The position numbers were made by a program, and so were the translations under genes. DNA of 64,000 bases from Lingula anatina (lineage: Eukaryota > Animalia > Brachiopoda), in NCBI GenBank assembly GCA_051362555.1, contig CM120644.1, positions 22,094,534 to 22,158,533 on the forward strand, in the 5' to 3' direction. Under the pieces are notes generated by a model. It was not told the DNA's origin. It did no database searches and saw only the letters and a program-made list of their open reading frames with translations. The stretch's first letter is position 1. Every line of letters begins with the position of its first letter. Positions 1-13,900 of this stretch are shown here, one piece after another.

Positions 1-3000
1 GTCTACGTCTTACCTTGGAGCACTTAATGTGATAGTGTAGGTAGTCCCTAAGTCTACGTCTTACCTTGGAGCACTTAATGTGATAGTGTAGGTAGTCCCT
101 AAGTCTACGTCTTACCTTGGAGCACTTAATGTGATAGTGTAGGTAGTCCCTAAGTGTACGTCTTACCTTGGAGCACTTAACGTGATAGTGTAGGTAGTCC
201 CTAAGTCTACGTCTTACCTTGGAGCACTTAACGTGATAGTGTAGGTAGTCCCTAAGTGTACGTCTTACCTTGGAGCACTTAATGTGATAGTGTAGGTAGT
301 CCCTAAGTGTACGTCTTACCTTGGAGCACTTAATGTTATAGTGTAGGTAGTCCCTTAGTCTACGTCTTACCTTGGAGCACTTAATGTGATAGTGTAGGTA
401 GTCCCTAAGTGTACGTCTTACCTTGGAGCACTTAATGTGATAGTGTAGGTAGTCCCTAAGTGTACGTCTTACCTTGGAGCACTTAATGTGATAGTGTAGG
501 TAGTCCCTAAGTCTACGTCTTACCTTGGAGCACTTAATGTGATAGTGTAGGTAGTCCCTAAGTCTACGTCTTACCTTGGAGCACTTAATGTGATAGTGTA
601 GATAGTCCCTAAGTGTGTATCTTACCTTGGAGCATTAATGTGATAGTGTAGGTATTCCCTAAGTGTACGTCTTACCTTGGAGCACTTAATGTGATAATGT
701 AGGTAGTCCCTTAGTCTATGTCTTACCTTGGAGCACTTAATGTGATAATGTAGGTAGTCCCTAAGTGTACGTCTCACCTTGGAGCACTTAATGTGATAAT
801 GTAGGTAGTCCCTAAGTGTACGTCTCACCTTGGAGCACTTAATGTGATAGCGTAGGTAGTCCCTAAGTGTACGTCTTACCTTGGAGCACTTAATGTGATA
901 GTGTAGGTAGTCCCTAAGTGTGTATCTTACCTTGGAGCACTTAATGTGATAGTGTAGGTAGTCCCTAAGTGTACGTCTCACCTTGGAGCACTTAATGTGA
1001 TAGTGTAGGTAGTCCCTAAGTGTACGTCTTACCTTGGAGCACTTAATGTGATAGTGTAGGTAGTCCCTAAGTGTACGTCTTACCTTGGAGCACTTAATGT
1101 GATAGTGTAGGTAGTCCCTAAGTGTACGTCTTACCTTGGAGCACTTAATGTGATAGTGTAGGTAGTCCCTAAGTGTACGTCTTACCTTGGAGCACTTAAT
1201 GTGATAGTGTAGTTAGTCCCTAAGTCTACGTCTTACCTTGGAGCACTTAATGTGATGGTGTAGGTAGTCCCTAAGTCTACGTCTTACCTTGGAGCACTTA
1301 ATGTGATAGTGTAGGTAGTCCCTAAGTCTACGTCTTACCTTGGAGCACTTAATGTGATAGTGTAGGTAGTCCCTAAGTCTACGTCTTACCTTGGAGCACT
1401 TAATGTGATAGTGTAGGTAGTCCCTTAGTCTACGTCTTACCTTGGAGCACTTAATGTGATAGTGTAGGTAGTCCCTTAGTATATGTCTTACCTTGGAGCA
1501 CTTAATGTGATAGTGTAGGTAGTCCCTAAGTCTACGTCTTACCTTGGAGCACTTAATGTGATAGTGTAGATAGTCCCTAAGTCTACGTCTTACCTTGGAG
1601 CACTTAATGTGATAGTGTAGGTAGTCCTTAAGTGTATATCTTACCTTGGAGCACTTAATGTGATAGTGTAGTTAGTCCCTAAGTCTACGTCTTACCTTGG
1701 AGCACTTAATGTGATGGTGTAGGTAGTCCCTAAGTCTACGTCTTACCTTGGAGCACTTAATGTGATAGTGTAGGTAGTCCCTAAGTCTACATCTTACCTT
1801 GGAGCACTTAATGTGATAGTGTAGGTAGTCCCTAAGTCTACGTCTTACCTTGGAGCACTTAATGTGATAGTGTAGGTAGTCCCTAAGTCTACGTCTTACC
1901 TTGGAGCACTTAATGTGATAGTGTAGATAGTCCCTAAGTGTGTATCTTACCTTGGAGCATTAATGTGATAGTGTAGGTATTCCCTAAGTGTACGTCTTAC
2001 CTTGGAGCACTTAATGTGATAATGTAGGTAGTCCCTTAGTCTATGTCTTACCTTGGAGCACTTAATGTGATAATGTAGGTAGTCCCTAAGTGTACGTCTC
2101 ACCTTGGAGCACTTAATGTGATAATGTAGGTAGTCCCTAAGTGTACGTCTCACCTTGGAGCACTTAATGTGATAGCGTAGGTAGTCCCTAAGTGTACGTC
2201 TTACCTTGGAGCACTTAATGTGATAGTGTAGGTAGTCCCTAAGTGTGTATCTTACCTTGGAGCACTTAATGTGATAGTGTAGGTAGTCCCTAAGTGTACG
2301 TCTCACCTTGGAGCACTTAATGTGATAGTGTAGGTAGTCCCTAAGTGTACGTCTTACCTTGGAGCACTTAATGTGATAGTGTAGGTAGTCCCTAAGTGTA
2401 CGTCTTACCTTGGAGCACTTAATGTGATAGTGTAGGTAGTCCCTAAGTGTACGTCTTACCTTGGAGCACTTAATGTGATAGTGTAGATAGTCCCTAAGTG
2501 TGTATCTTACCTTGGAGCACTTAATGTGATAGTGTAGGTAGTCCCTAAGTGTACGTCTTACCTTGGAGCACTTAATGTGATAGTGTAGGTAGTCCCTAAG
2601 TGTACGTCTTACCTTGGAGCACTTAATGTGATAGTGTAGGTAGTCCCTAAGTGTACGTCTTACCTTGGAGCACTTAATGTGATAGTGTAGATAGTCCCTA
2701 AGTGTGTATCTTACCTTGGAGCACTTAATGTGATAGTGTAGGTAGTCCCTAAGTGTGTATCTTACCTTGGAGCACTTAATGTGATAGTGTAGGTAGTCCC
2801 TAAGTGTACGTCTTACCTTGGAGCACTTAATGTGATAGTGTAGGTAGTCCCTAAGTGTACGTCTTACCTTGGAGCACTTAATGTGATAGTGTAGGTAGTC
2901 CCTAAGTGTACGTCTTACCTTGGAGCACTTAATGTGATAGTGTAGTTAGTCCCTAAGTCTACGTCTTACCTTGGAGCACTTAATGTGATGGTGTAGGTAG

Positions 3001-3776
3001 TCCCTAAGTCTACGTCTTACCTTGGAGCACTTAATGTGATAGTGTAGGTAGTCCCTAAGTCTACGTCTTACCTTGGAGCACTTAATGTGATAGTGTAGGT
3101 AGTCCCTAAGTCTACGTCTTACCTTGGAGCACTTAATGTGATAGTGTAGGTAGTCCCTTAGTCTACGTCTTACCTTGGAGCACTTAATGTGATAGTGTAG
3201 GTAGTCCCTTAGTATATGTCTTACCTTGGAGCACTTAATGTGATAGTGTAGGTAGTCCCTAAGTCTACGTCTTACCTTGGAGCACTTAATGTGATAGTGT
3301 AGATAGTCCCTAAGTCTACGTCTTACCTTGGAGCACTTAATGTGATAGTGTAGGTAGTCCTTAAGTGTATATCTTACCTTGGAGCACTTAATGTGATAGT
3401 GTAGTTAGTCCCTAAGTCTACGTCTTACCTTGGAGCACTTAATGTGATGGTGTAGGTAGTCCCTAAGTCTACGTCTTACCTTGGAGCACTTAATGTGATA
3501 GTGTAGGTAGTCCCTAAGTCTACATCTTACCTTGGAGCACTTAATGTGATAGTGTAGGTAGTCCCTTAGTATATGTCTTACCTTGGAGCACTTAATGTGA
3601 TAGTGTAGGTAGTCCCTAAGTCTACGTCTTACCTTGGAGCACTTAATGTGATAGTGTAGATAGTCCCTAAGTCTACGTCTTACCTTGGAGCACTTAATGT
3701 GATAGTGTAGGTAGTCCTTAAGTGTATATCTTACCTTGGAGCACTTAATGTGATAGTGTAGGTAGTCCCTAAGTGT
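1..3776 (-). repeat. 51-bp tandem satellite (~74 units, runs off window start) built from the ARPC2 exon 3' end plus its splice donor
   Basis: Unit on - strand: TTAGGGACTACCTACACTATCACATTAAGTGCTCCAAG|GTAAGACGTAGAC = [13 protein letters not shown] followed by GTAAGA; the last unit is continuous with the real ARPC2 exon 3735-3835. Confidence 0.97.
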
Positions 3777-6700
3777 ATGGATCAGGTTGATGGTGTTGTC
3801 ACGGGCTGCAGGACTCGTGTGGCGCGGAAACAGGACTGAAAACAAAACACGAACAGAATGAAAATGCACTGACTGACCCCAAAGTCAATTAGGTAAGGTC
3901 GAGCTTTGACCTTTACGATGCCAATACTTAACTAGGAAAGAACAAGTCCTTGTGATTTCTGAGAAGTTGCATAAATAATGTTTTCTATTGGGTAGGCATT
4001 CTTTGAAAAAGAAGACAGTGACAACAACTAGTAGCAGGCTGAGTTATTCTACCATCTGATTCACTTCCACCTGGACATCAGGTGGGATCAAGACAGCAGA
4101 GAAGTTGCTCTAAACAGTTATCAAGTAAAGATATTCGATGGATCACCTACACAACGTAAAACATTCTTAAAGAATTAGTGCATAAGTTTAAGGACCTAAG
4201 AATAACTTGTTGGAAATTGACTAACTACAAAGAGCAGTCTGGTTACTCTGAGAATGAAGAGAGCTCACCAAATGTGATGTATCCGATGTTGTCGCCGGTC
4301 TTGGCGTCTGTCCCCTGGAGTTCCAGCGGAGGCTCCCGGTGACTGAACAGCACCTGGGGGGCCTGCTGGTAGCGACGCCGACCTTCCTTGAATTCCTGGG
4401 AAGATAAACAAATGGCAGAATGTTTTGGATGTTCTAAGAAGTGAGGCATAAATGAATAAACTTAAAATGAATAGTGTCATTTCAAGTTTTGGCTGAAGCC
4501 TTATAGTTAATATTTGTGACTATGGAAAAAAAAAGAGAACAAACCTTTTTGTTTATTTGATATAATGCAAATTACATAGATTGCTACAGTAATCAGATGT
4601 GCTTTCTTCCATAACAGATTAATTCAGCATAGAAAATCACCCAAATGAAATACATTATGGACTTAGAAAAACAGATAATATCATACACTAATAATGGAGT
4701 GATAATAACTCCCAAGTTGTAATTTGAATCTTTTTTTAATATAACTGTGATAACAACATAATGACTGATTTGCTGTTTCAAAGCAAGACTACATTTTCAC
4801 AGATCTGCAGGTGAAATGACCGAAGACAAACTCCTGACTTACCTGCATAAACACCTTTCCAATGATGATGTCGTCATCGTCTTTGAACACCGTGCTAAAG
4901 ATCACTGTCACACGATCCTTCTTTGCATCCACATACCTGGTGAAATAATAGGACAAACTTTTAACATTAACTGCCCTAAATTACTCACTGTCTTGGAGTA
5001 AATAAATAATTTGGTAAAAATATCTAACTAGCTCTTGTTTACTTTATATACATTTTTCAGTCAACGTGGTGAATATTAAGAACATTTCATGATTTTTCTG
5101 AAATATCTCAACTCTGTATTTTAATATTAAAAAACGTTAACAAGTGGTGAGTCATTTGCTTTAATAAGATCTAATGCAATTTTTAAACAGCTTTCATTAT
5201 TTATCTCCGAAACTTACATGGTTTCCTCATCTCTGTAATTGATCACAGCTCGCTTTCGTCCTCCCTCCCCTTTTTCTTGAATTTCAAAGTATTTTTCAAA
5301 TACAGATGCAAAGCAGTTACGTTTCAGAAGCCCTGCCTTCTTGACAACTTCTGGCCAATCAGAGGGAACATTTTCTAAATCGTAGACTAATGATACATTG
5401 TAGCCTGAAAATATAAATATGACTTTATTAAAATTACATTTCAGCATTTTTCTTTAGAGACTGAAAGGGAAATATATCCTCAGAATTTACAAGCAGGTAC
5501 CCGTAAGAGTGTAAGAGTGAGTCTTGGTGCGAAGTGGAACACAGAAAAGCCATTGATTGTAGAGAGAATCGAAAACAAGAAGAAGTGTGGAAATCTGACT
5601 ACATTCAGCATGTGAAAATGAACTGATCTACAGAGATCACTAGTTTCAAAGCGGATGAGCCCTAGAGCTATCGTAAGCGTATAGTTTTACCTTCTTCTGG
5701 CGTGGTGAGGAATGCACTGTACTCTCGCTTGATCAAATCATCTGCTCCGTGCTCCTGGAGATCTTTGTAGAACTTGAGAGAGATGCTGACCTGGAAGAGA
5801 AATGCACCACTTTTTCTACATTTTATTTTTTAGAAGATTTTCTCAGCAATCAAATCATATCATTATGATGTCAAACACCGCCTTCTAAGGGCAATTCTTT
5901 GCCCTACTAAAATGATGGCAATAATTGTAAATCACTCTTTTAAAAATTAAATTTTACATATTCTAAATATTCACTCAAATCAAGAAGACATCAGAATAAT
6001 TATCCAATGAAAGGCATATTTCTCAATACTTACTCTAACTTTAAATTTGTCTCCATCTGGGTTGGATATATGGTAAATGACACCGTCAAAATCTAAAATG
6101 TACACATGGTATACAAACCATTAATATTTTAATCAGAGACAAAACAAAAAAATTGAAATTAGACAAGCATGGCTGCAGTTGTTTAATAATCATTAATAAA
6201 AAACAAACTGGTCGCACAGGACATAAGAAATGATCACAGACTTGCACACCTCCAAAATCAACATCACTGGCTGGTACTAGTTCTTTTCAAAATCTCTCTC
6301 TCTCTCTCTCTCTCTCTGGTCGAATTTTCTTTGATATTTTGAAAGTCACTATGCCTGTGGTCACTTAATCCCCTTACTAGTAACTACAAATGCTTTTATA
6401 CTATTATAAAACTACAATTAAAAAAATTCCCTCACCTGCTACAGTGATATCAACACTTTCTGGTTTTCCCCTGTAAAAGATGAAAATTGTCTTAAAGTTA
6501 TTCTCATATCACTTGATATTTCACTGTCTAACAGAACTCTAGAGTTTGTTCTGACCTGCTAATAATCAATGACAGCATTTTGCACAAGTTTAATTTTCCA
6601 TTAACACAGCAATCTTTGATTTGATGGTAAAAAGCATCAGGTTAACAAAATTCAATAGAAAATGCAGTCATTCTTTCTGGTCCACAGATTTCCACCACTT

Positions 6701-9700
6701 AAATGCAAAAGTCTAGAATCTAAGTAAAACTAACCAAATTCATAAACAAGTACACATAAATTAACTTCTGAAAATCTGATTCTGACATATACTTCCTCAT
6801 CTAAAAGACACTTTTTTAAAAAACAGGATTCAAATAAGGGCCATTTGATACCACACTAAGTAAATACACAGTCACTGATTTCTAACAACTGATTAAGCTA
6901 ACAAAATGGGGAACAGCCTTTATCATCAATGATAAGCGCTGAAAGCTAAAGTTCCAATCACGGAGAGGTAAAATGAAACGTTTCAAACCATGTTACAAGA
7001 CAAGTGCACTCAGTGACACGGGGAAACAGCAGTGCCAGTGGTTAGTAGAACACAAACATGCACAGCAAAATTTTATTTCTTTTTTTTTTGTACCACATTC
7101 TCTTTGCCTGCTAGGCTAGGGATATTTACTGCTGGGTACAAATAAAAAAAATTTCAACATATCGAGAATTAATCATTTTAAATGTGAAAAACAGAAAGGT
7201 TCTGGTATTTATCCATATGAAAACTTACTATTATGGCGAGTATTAATACAAAAATTGATATATGTTGCAAATTAAGAAAACCAAATCTGTAACATGTGAC
7301 AATTGCAGTACAAACTAAAATCCAAGAAAGCTAAAAACTCTCATCCAGAGATTTGCCTAAATATAAATGTTTTAATTAGATTACCATTATCATCATTTTC
7401 AGAGAAAAAACTTAATCTATACGCACATTTTTAATTCACAACTCCGAAAAAGGTGTCACATAAGAAATCTACCTTTGTCAACTTCACAAATTGTATTTTG
7501 ATAACACTTGATAACAATATATCATAATCTATCTTAACAATTCTTTGTCTTGTCTATGACAGACATCCCAACATTGTAATCAGACTGCAGGGTTAAATTT
7601 TACACTGATATGCCATTTTATTTTCTCAATTTTGGCCATTTTTTATGTAAATTTCTGTAACAAGCTGAGATACTATTTTTACAAAAATAAATAAATAAAT
7701 AAATAAATGAGATCTTTAATTTTACAAGATCTGCTTAAAACATACTAAGTAAAACAAGCACATAAAACTAAAAACATGCTTAATATGTAAGTTTACAAGC
7801 TGTTATAATGTACTGTTCAGCCTACTAATATTAAATATTGACATCACACAACAACAACATTAATGCAACAACTAAGTATACTGTGCAGAGATGGAGTATG
7901 GAGGCAGAGGATTTGGGGGGGGGGGGGGGGGGGGGGGCAGAGAGGTCAGCTACATGCATAATACACAGGCAACTTATCACCCTGAATCTCACACAACTCT
8001 AAAATAAGACTTCACTCTTAACCTAGGTTATATCTTGCTAACAATTTAGAAATTCTCTGATGACTATGAGACTTTGATCTGGTAAAACAAACAACCAATT
8101 AAATACTGGATTTAATTTTTACAAACAATTTTGGAGTTAAAAGTTATGCCCTAAGTAAGTCAATTTTTTGTGGCAATTTAATTCAGTTTCTTTGTGTCTA
8201 TTTTATCTTTTAAATTTTTTCTGCTTCAAAAGATTTTTGTTGGTCACCTTAATCAACTGCCTTATTTCAGTAAAATGAACATAAAAAACTTATGATCTGT
8301 TAAAAAAAAAAAAAAAAAAAGCAAACAATGACACTCAGGGTGATGGTGATGGTAGAAGTGCACTAAAAACCCCAGCAATCACAAAATGGCATCACATCAA
8401 CACACTACAACACATAAATACCTTTTCTTATCATTTGTACTGTTTTGGGAGTAGAGACTGCAACAATAATAGAACAATACTAAAGATGTTTTTACCCTTC
8501 TGATTATGCTTTAAACTATGGACTTGTATAAATACTGATAGAATGATGAACTAAAATATTGAGAAAGTAAAAGTAAAATATATATTTTTCAGAAGAATAT
8601 AAAAGTAGCTTGCTTCAAATATTGACATTATATAAATCTGGGTTCAAGAAATGATCTCAAATACCCTTTACATGCTGTGGGTTTCTGTGGAAAAAGAACA
8701 GTACAGTTCGACCATTCATTTTTATCAGACAAGAAGAAAGATGAACTTCAAAACATCTTAAACATTTAAGGCATTAACAGAAATCTGAAGCAAGCTTTAT
8801 TTCACCAAACCTCTAGGTTCAGTAAGACACTAAGTTCACTATATACTTTCAAACTGTTAAAGGATGCATCATTTCAGAGTACAGAAAGTGAAAGAGTCAA
8901 TGCCATTGTTAAAGTAACCATCAATGGCAATTTTTCTAAAACCTTTTTATCAAAAAGTTAACAATTAACAGCTGTACATTGAAGGGAAAACAACTGTTCG
9001 TATGACCAAAAAACACATTTTCCTTGGATAAACAACGTTCCATAATCTCCAGTGTGATAATGACAAGCAAGTTAAGTTGTTTACAATATGTGTATTATGA
9101 AATATGAATCTCATACGAACAGTTATTATCCCTTTATATAGCAGAAAATCTGGTCAAATATTGACATGAAGTATATGAAATAGGTTTGTTTGGCAAGGGA
9201 ATTCAAGTTTCTGGACTAAGCTTAGACTGCTAAACTTGAGTAACTAACTTTGTAAAGTCAACTATGCAATTTGGGCTGGAAACTCAGAATTCATTTCAGA
9301 ATAAAAAAAAAGAGCAGAATTTTTATGTCTTTGTAAAACCATCCTCAGTTGGCAAAGATCCTCAGCAGTCTTTGCATAGGTTATTCATAATTATGAGCTC
9401 TTGTGAAACACAGCTATGTTCTGAAAGTGAATCACTGAATGCTTGCTATCACCAAATTCATGCATGAGTACTCCTATTGATTATTTGTGAGCAAGTGGGA
9501 TTTACGGAAGATGTAACCTATGGCATTTAGTAGAATAAGTTTGAGTGCAACTTTTGCCTGTCTTTATTTTCTTTTGAACTTCTAAGGCTATGGCGGTTAT
9601 TTTTTGTTTTAGAAGCTGTCTATAATAAATATTTAAGAGATACAACTGATTTTGATCTTTTTTATTGCATTTGGTGGACTAGGTGGTTTTTAAATTCAAC

Positions 9701-10234
9701 AAATGATCAAAGTGACAGCTGAGCATGGAGATGAGAGGTAAGATAAGAATTTGTGAGCTCCTCACCATGGTGCATTCAAAAACTGGTTTTGGTTTTACAC
9801 TTTTGAGGCATTTGCTAACATGCCTTAGCACAGTGTACATAGCAAAATCGTCAAAAGGAGTGCTGACGCATGAATTTCGCGTTAAATGCCCGTCATATCG
9901 CACGCCAGTAACGTACCGCCTGTTGAACTGGATAGACTAACCAGGAAGTTATGACTGACTATTTAATCAATACGAAACAACTGCATGAGAATAACCTATT
10001 TGTATTCAAGGGCAGGTATATGTCACAAAACTAAGAACTAAAAAAACTCGACAATGAATTACAGCTAAACTGAGCTGTCTGCATCGACTCAATCGGCCGG
10101 CGGTCACTAAATCTGGACAGGGAACCGGCAACTATTTAAAATATTTTTACAAAAACATACCCGCTTAATGCATTCTTGAATTTGAGTGTCAACGTTTCTT
10201 CCACGACCCTATTATTGATTTCCAGTAAAATCAT
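3735..10234 (-). CDS. ARPC2: Actin-related protein 2/3 complex subunit 2 (p34-Arc), spliced; final exon(s) lie beyond the window start
   Basis: Exons approx 10161-10234 ([19 protein letters not shown]), 6437-6471, 6033-6093 ([16 protein letters not shown]), 5690-5790, 5218-5404 ([24 protein letters not shown]), 4843-4936, 4269-4395 ([30 protein letters not shown]), 3735-3835 ([29 protein letters not shown]); GT-AG boundaries. Confidence 0.96.
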
Positions 10235-10979
10235 CCTTCTGGTAGACGTATTAAGACCCCAATCAAAATTCAAGAAATGGGTGGACTTTCAGGAAGTAAG
10301 ATGGCGTCGTGACTCAGAGGCAAATATTCGATAGAGGGCAGAAGAATCACTCCGCTGTTTTTCGTTGGAAGTGATATTAATCTATCAGATAATGTAGAAT
10401 GTTCTGAGGCAAATAATCTGATAATAAATCAAAATTATTTGAACAACAGAGTGAAAATACTGTCATTTAGAAAACATTTACCTGGATGCTCTTTAGCTTT
10501 GGAGTACAGAAACGATTGACGGGTGAAGGTCACGAGAAGATTTACGTTTGCCGCCCACGGAATATTAATCAAAAGATTGGAGCTTCTTATCTTTCTGGCT
10601 CTTAGGTAGAGGTCGGACTGCATGCAAACATGCGGTAGCTGTATTTCATCTTGGATATCTACCGGTAGGTGCAGTGTGAAATGAGATAATTTGATAATAA
10701 ACCGCCGATGTCATAGACGGGGTTGTTTGGAAAAGGAAACTGAGAGCTTCCATGTCAGCGCTTCGTTTAATTTATCTTAGAACGTTCACTTGATGTAACA
10801 GCCTGTATTTTGTTTCCTAGAACAGTTGTATTGAGAAGAATGCTCTCTGTGTCGCGTGGTGGAAGTGACGTAAGATAAACACCAATTGTTGCAAGATCGA
10901 AAAACGACACCATCAAGTTAAAGGAAGAAAAAATCCAGGGTTCGAAAAAGCGACAGTCGGCTTGTTTTGATCACAGACA
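10235..10979. promoter_or_regulatory. Divergent promoter/5'UTR region between ARPC2 and SLC40A1
   Basis: Start codons 745 bp apart head-to-head; locally CpG-richer; ETS-like GGAAGT motifs, YY1-like AAGATGGCG (~10299), CRE-like TGACGT (~10867). Confidence 0.55.
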
Positions 10980-13900
10980 ATGGCAGGCGACGGTCAAAGC
11001 AGATGCAGTAAGTACTAAGCAAGAATCTCCCTCCCTGGTCAGGGACAACAGTATTTCATTGATTATTTTCAGATTGTGTCAGATAAAATAGGCTTGCGTG
11101 ATGTATACAGTTGGTTCAGTGCACCAAACAGTTGGTGTGCAGTTGTTGTTTAGCAGCCCATGTGTTACAATACTCATTAGTATACATAAAGAGAATATCT
11201 TGATGAACATAGTGTTGAACAGTTTCATTAGCTATGTTATTGTAATAGACTTGTGAAGATTATTTTGTCTATAGCTACTTATATGTCTCATCTTACCATC
11301 AATCAAAAGAATCTTCACAAGTCTATTGATGAACATGATTTTGACATTTAACTTTCTTTTCCTAAAATTGAAAATTCACAGTTCATTTCATGGGAGTTTT
11401 GGAACATACCTTCTTTTAACAAGAGTTATTTGCTAAACTTTTAGTTGTTTTTGCATAAAATAATATCTTCAAATATTGTGTCAAAACTCAAGAATAGAAA
11501 ATTTTTCTTTAGTTTCATTCCGTATGTAGTATCACATTTTCAGTAGCTTTAGCTACTATTAAATATTTTGTCATTCTACAGCACTCTACAAGTGGTATTG
11601 CAACGTACAGTGTCCCATTGTATATTTCAATATCTTTACCATTATCATCATTGTAAACTTTACCCTTGGTGTCTTGTAGGTCGTTTCAAGGAATGGCTGA
11701 AGAGTCCAGCTTTCATGGTATACTTTAGTCACACACTGTCAGCGTGGGTAAGATCCTATTTCTGCTGTCTGATGAAACAGTATTTTATTTGATTCACAAG
11801 AAAAACTTACTTTGTAAATTTAATTTGACTCTAAGTCTCTTGCAGATGTATGCTGTCTAGTAGCAGTTTTCCCTAGCACTGTTATAATCTTTTATGATTA
11901 TCATAGTAATGACATGAACAATCATTTGAAATCTCGTGTTAACTCAAGCCAAACATTGGCCCAAGACTCCTAATTAAATTTAGTAAGGGTGATTTCATCT
12001 TGTCAGTCACTATATTAACTTTGAAGTTTTAAAAAATGAAATGTGATAATCATGAAAGTTAACATAAATGTAACAATTTTCTGCTCCAAGTTTTTTCTCC
12101 TCCATTTCTTGAATTTTCTTGAATAAATCCTATACAGTAAACTATATATGACAGACAAATTGTATTTGATGGTAGAATTTTTTATAAGAATAATTTAATC
12201 CATAAAATCATTCTGCTCAGTGCATACATTGTTTAAAGACCTCATCTCTTTCATCTTCAGGGAGATCGCATGTGGAGTTTTGCAGTCGGTCTTTTCTTGG
12301 TCCAGCTTTCAGAGGATCTCCGCCTGGTGGCAGTGTATGGATTTACACGAGGAGGATCTATTCTTCTGTTTGGAGCTGTTATTGGAGACTGGATAGACAG
12401 GAATATGAGGCTCAGAGGTTAACACATAGCCCCAGTTTTACAAAACTAAAGTCAGGTTTTCTGGCTAAGAACTTAATTACCAAGGTTGTCTTCGCATCTG
12501 CAGACCCCCCCCCCTTTCCAATTGTCCTGGATCCAACCCTGTATCCTGTATTGAGGTTGACTGGAAATTTGGAGAATTGTCCTAAAACATTACCAAATTG
12601 AATGTTTTTTGTAAATAGGTGCAATTTTTCATTGGGGTAGACTTCAATATTTGGTCTAAAAGTTAAGATCAGTTTTCGGGATGAAGTTTTTTCTTTGTAA
12701 GCAGGCCCTTGATGAAGAGATTTGTAGACCGACAAAACCTCTTACTTTTGTGCCCCTTGTTTGCTTGTCTGGCAACTTTGCATAAACAATTTTCAGTTTG
12801 AGTTAGTTGGCTTTTTATTTTATAATTTCATATTATGATGTGATATCACTCTCTGTCTTTATAGAAATTGTTTCTTTTTATTCAGGGTATTAAACACCAT
12901 TTATTTATAGTTTGCAAAGTTGTTTATTATTTATTTCAACTTTCTTTATTTCTTCCCATTGTGAACATTAGCTCTGTTTTATGTTTCAGCTGTGCGCATC
13001 TCCCTCTTCATCCAAAACACTGCCGTTATTTTATCTGCCATCTTACTATGTATCATGTTCACATTAGAGTAAGTATTTTATCTGCCATGATCATTTGTAG
13101 AAAAACTGGTGTTTAAGGGGCTTCCAGTGAAGATTATACGTTTACATAAAGAATTTTAAACAGGCAGGAGTGAAACTTCGCATTCAGTAGTGTCAAAGCA
13201 CATTTGAAGAAAAACTGATCTTATAAAAGACTTAAGAAGTGACAATACAACAATCCATTGGCATTGCTATGATTGATATTGCAGACCTTCAATAAGGAAA
13301 ATCAGAGTTTATGCACTCTGCACATAATTTTGAACAGCGTACATTTTGCATTGTTTTGATAGTGGGTAACTACGAATGCCAAGTAAAAGGATTCTAACTA
13401 GTTCATTGATTTATGCATAAAACCAAAATTTCAGTTTTACAACATATACCTTTAGTTATAATCTTAAATCATGTGATGGGATTTCTTGATTTGAATAAAA
13501 AAGAAATCCCCAGGGCAGAAATGACATTGTTTAGCATGGACAGGGCCTCTGGCATACTGGAGATTATAGAAACTGAATATAGCACGTAAACACTAACCTC
13601 AGCAACATCTATTTAAAAATTATCCCTGTGAAATACACAAATATGTGTAATTTTGTTATAACTTTCAAATTTTGTGAGTAACTGTGTGATATCATACATT
13701 TGTCTGGAAATGGCAAACTTTAAGAAACTGCAACCTTCTAAACTTCATTGATTATGATTTTATTGACAGCAGGTGAAATGAAACATTGTTTCGTACAGAT
13801 ATCAATTTTGCTTTATGTACCCCTTAATTTATTAATCTTATTTTTCGTTAGGTTTCTCATTATCTTTTGTGTAAAGATGGTAAAAAGGGCATTTTATTCC

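Noticed and set aside
622-2306. 119-aa repetitive ORFs as independent genes
   Set aside because: Simple consequence of the 51-bp in-frame unit.
1-3776. CRISPR array or telomeric repeat (TTAGGG occurs in each unit)
   Set aside because: No unique spacers, eukaryotic context; TTAGGG is a single hexamer from ARPC2 codons (CTT AGG GAC), not a tandem telomere tract.
10665-11130. CAGTGN loops as ferroportin IREs (~10672; TTGGTTCAGTGCACCAA ~11111)
   Set aside because: First has no stem; second is intronic, has a 7-nt loop register and lacks the bulged C five pairs below the loop.
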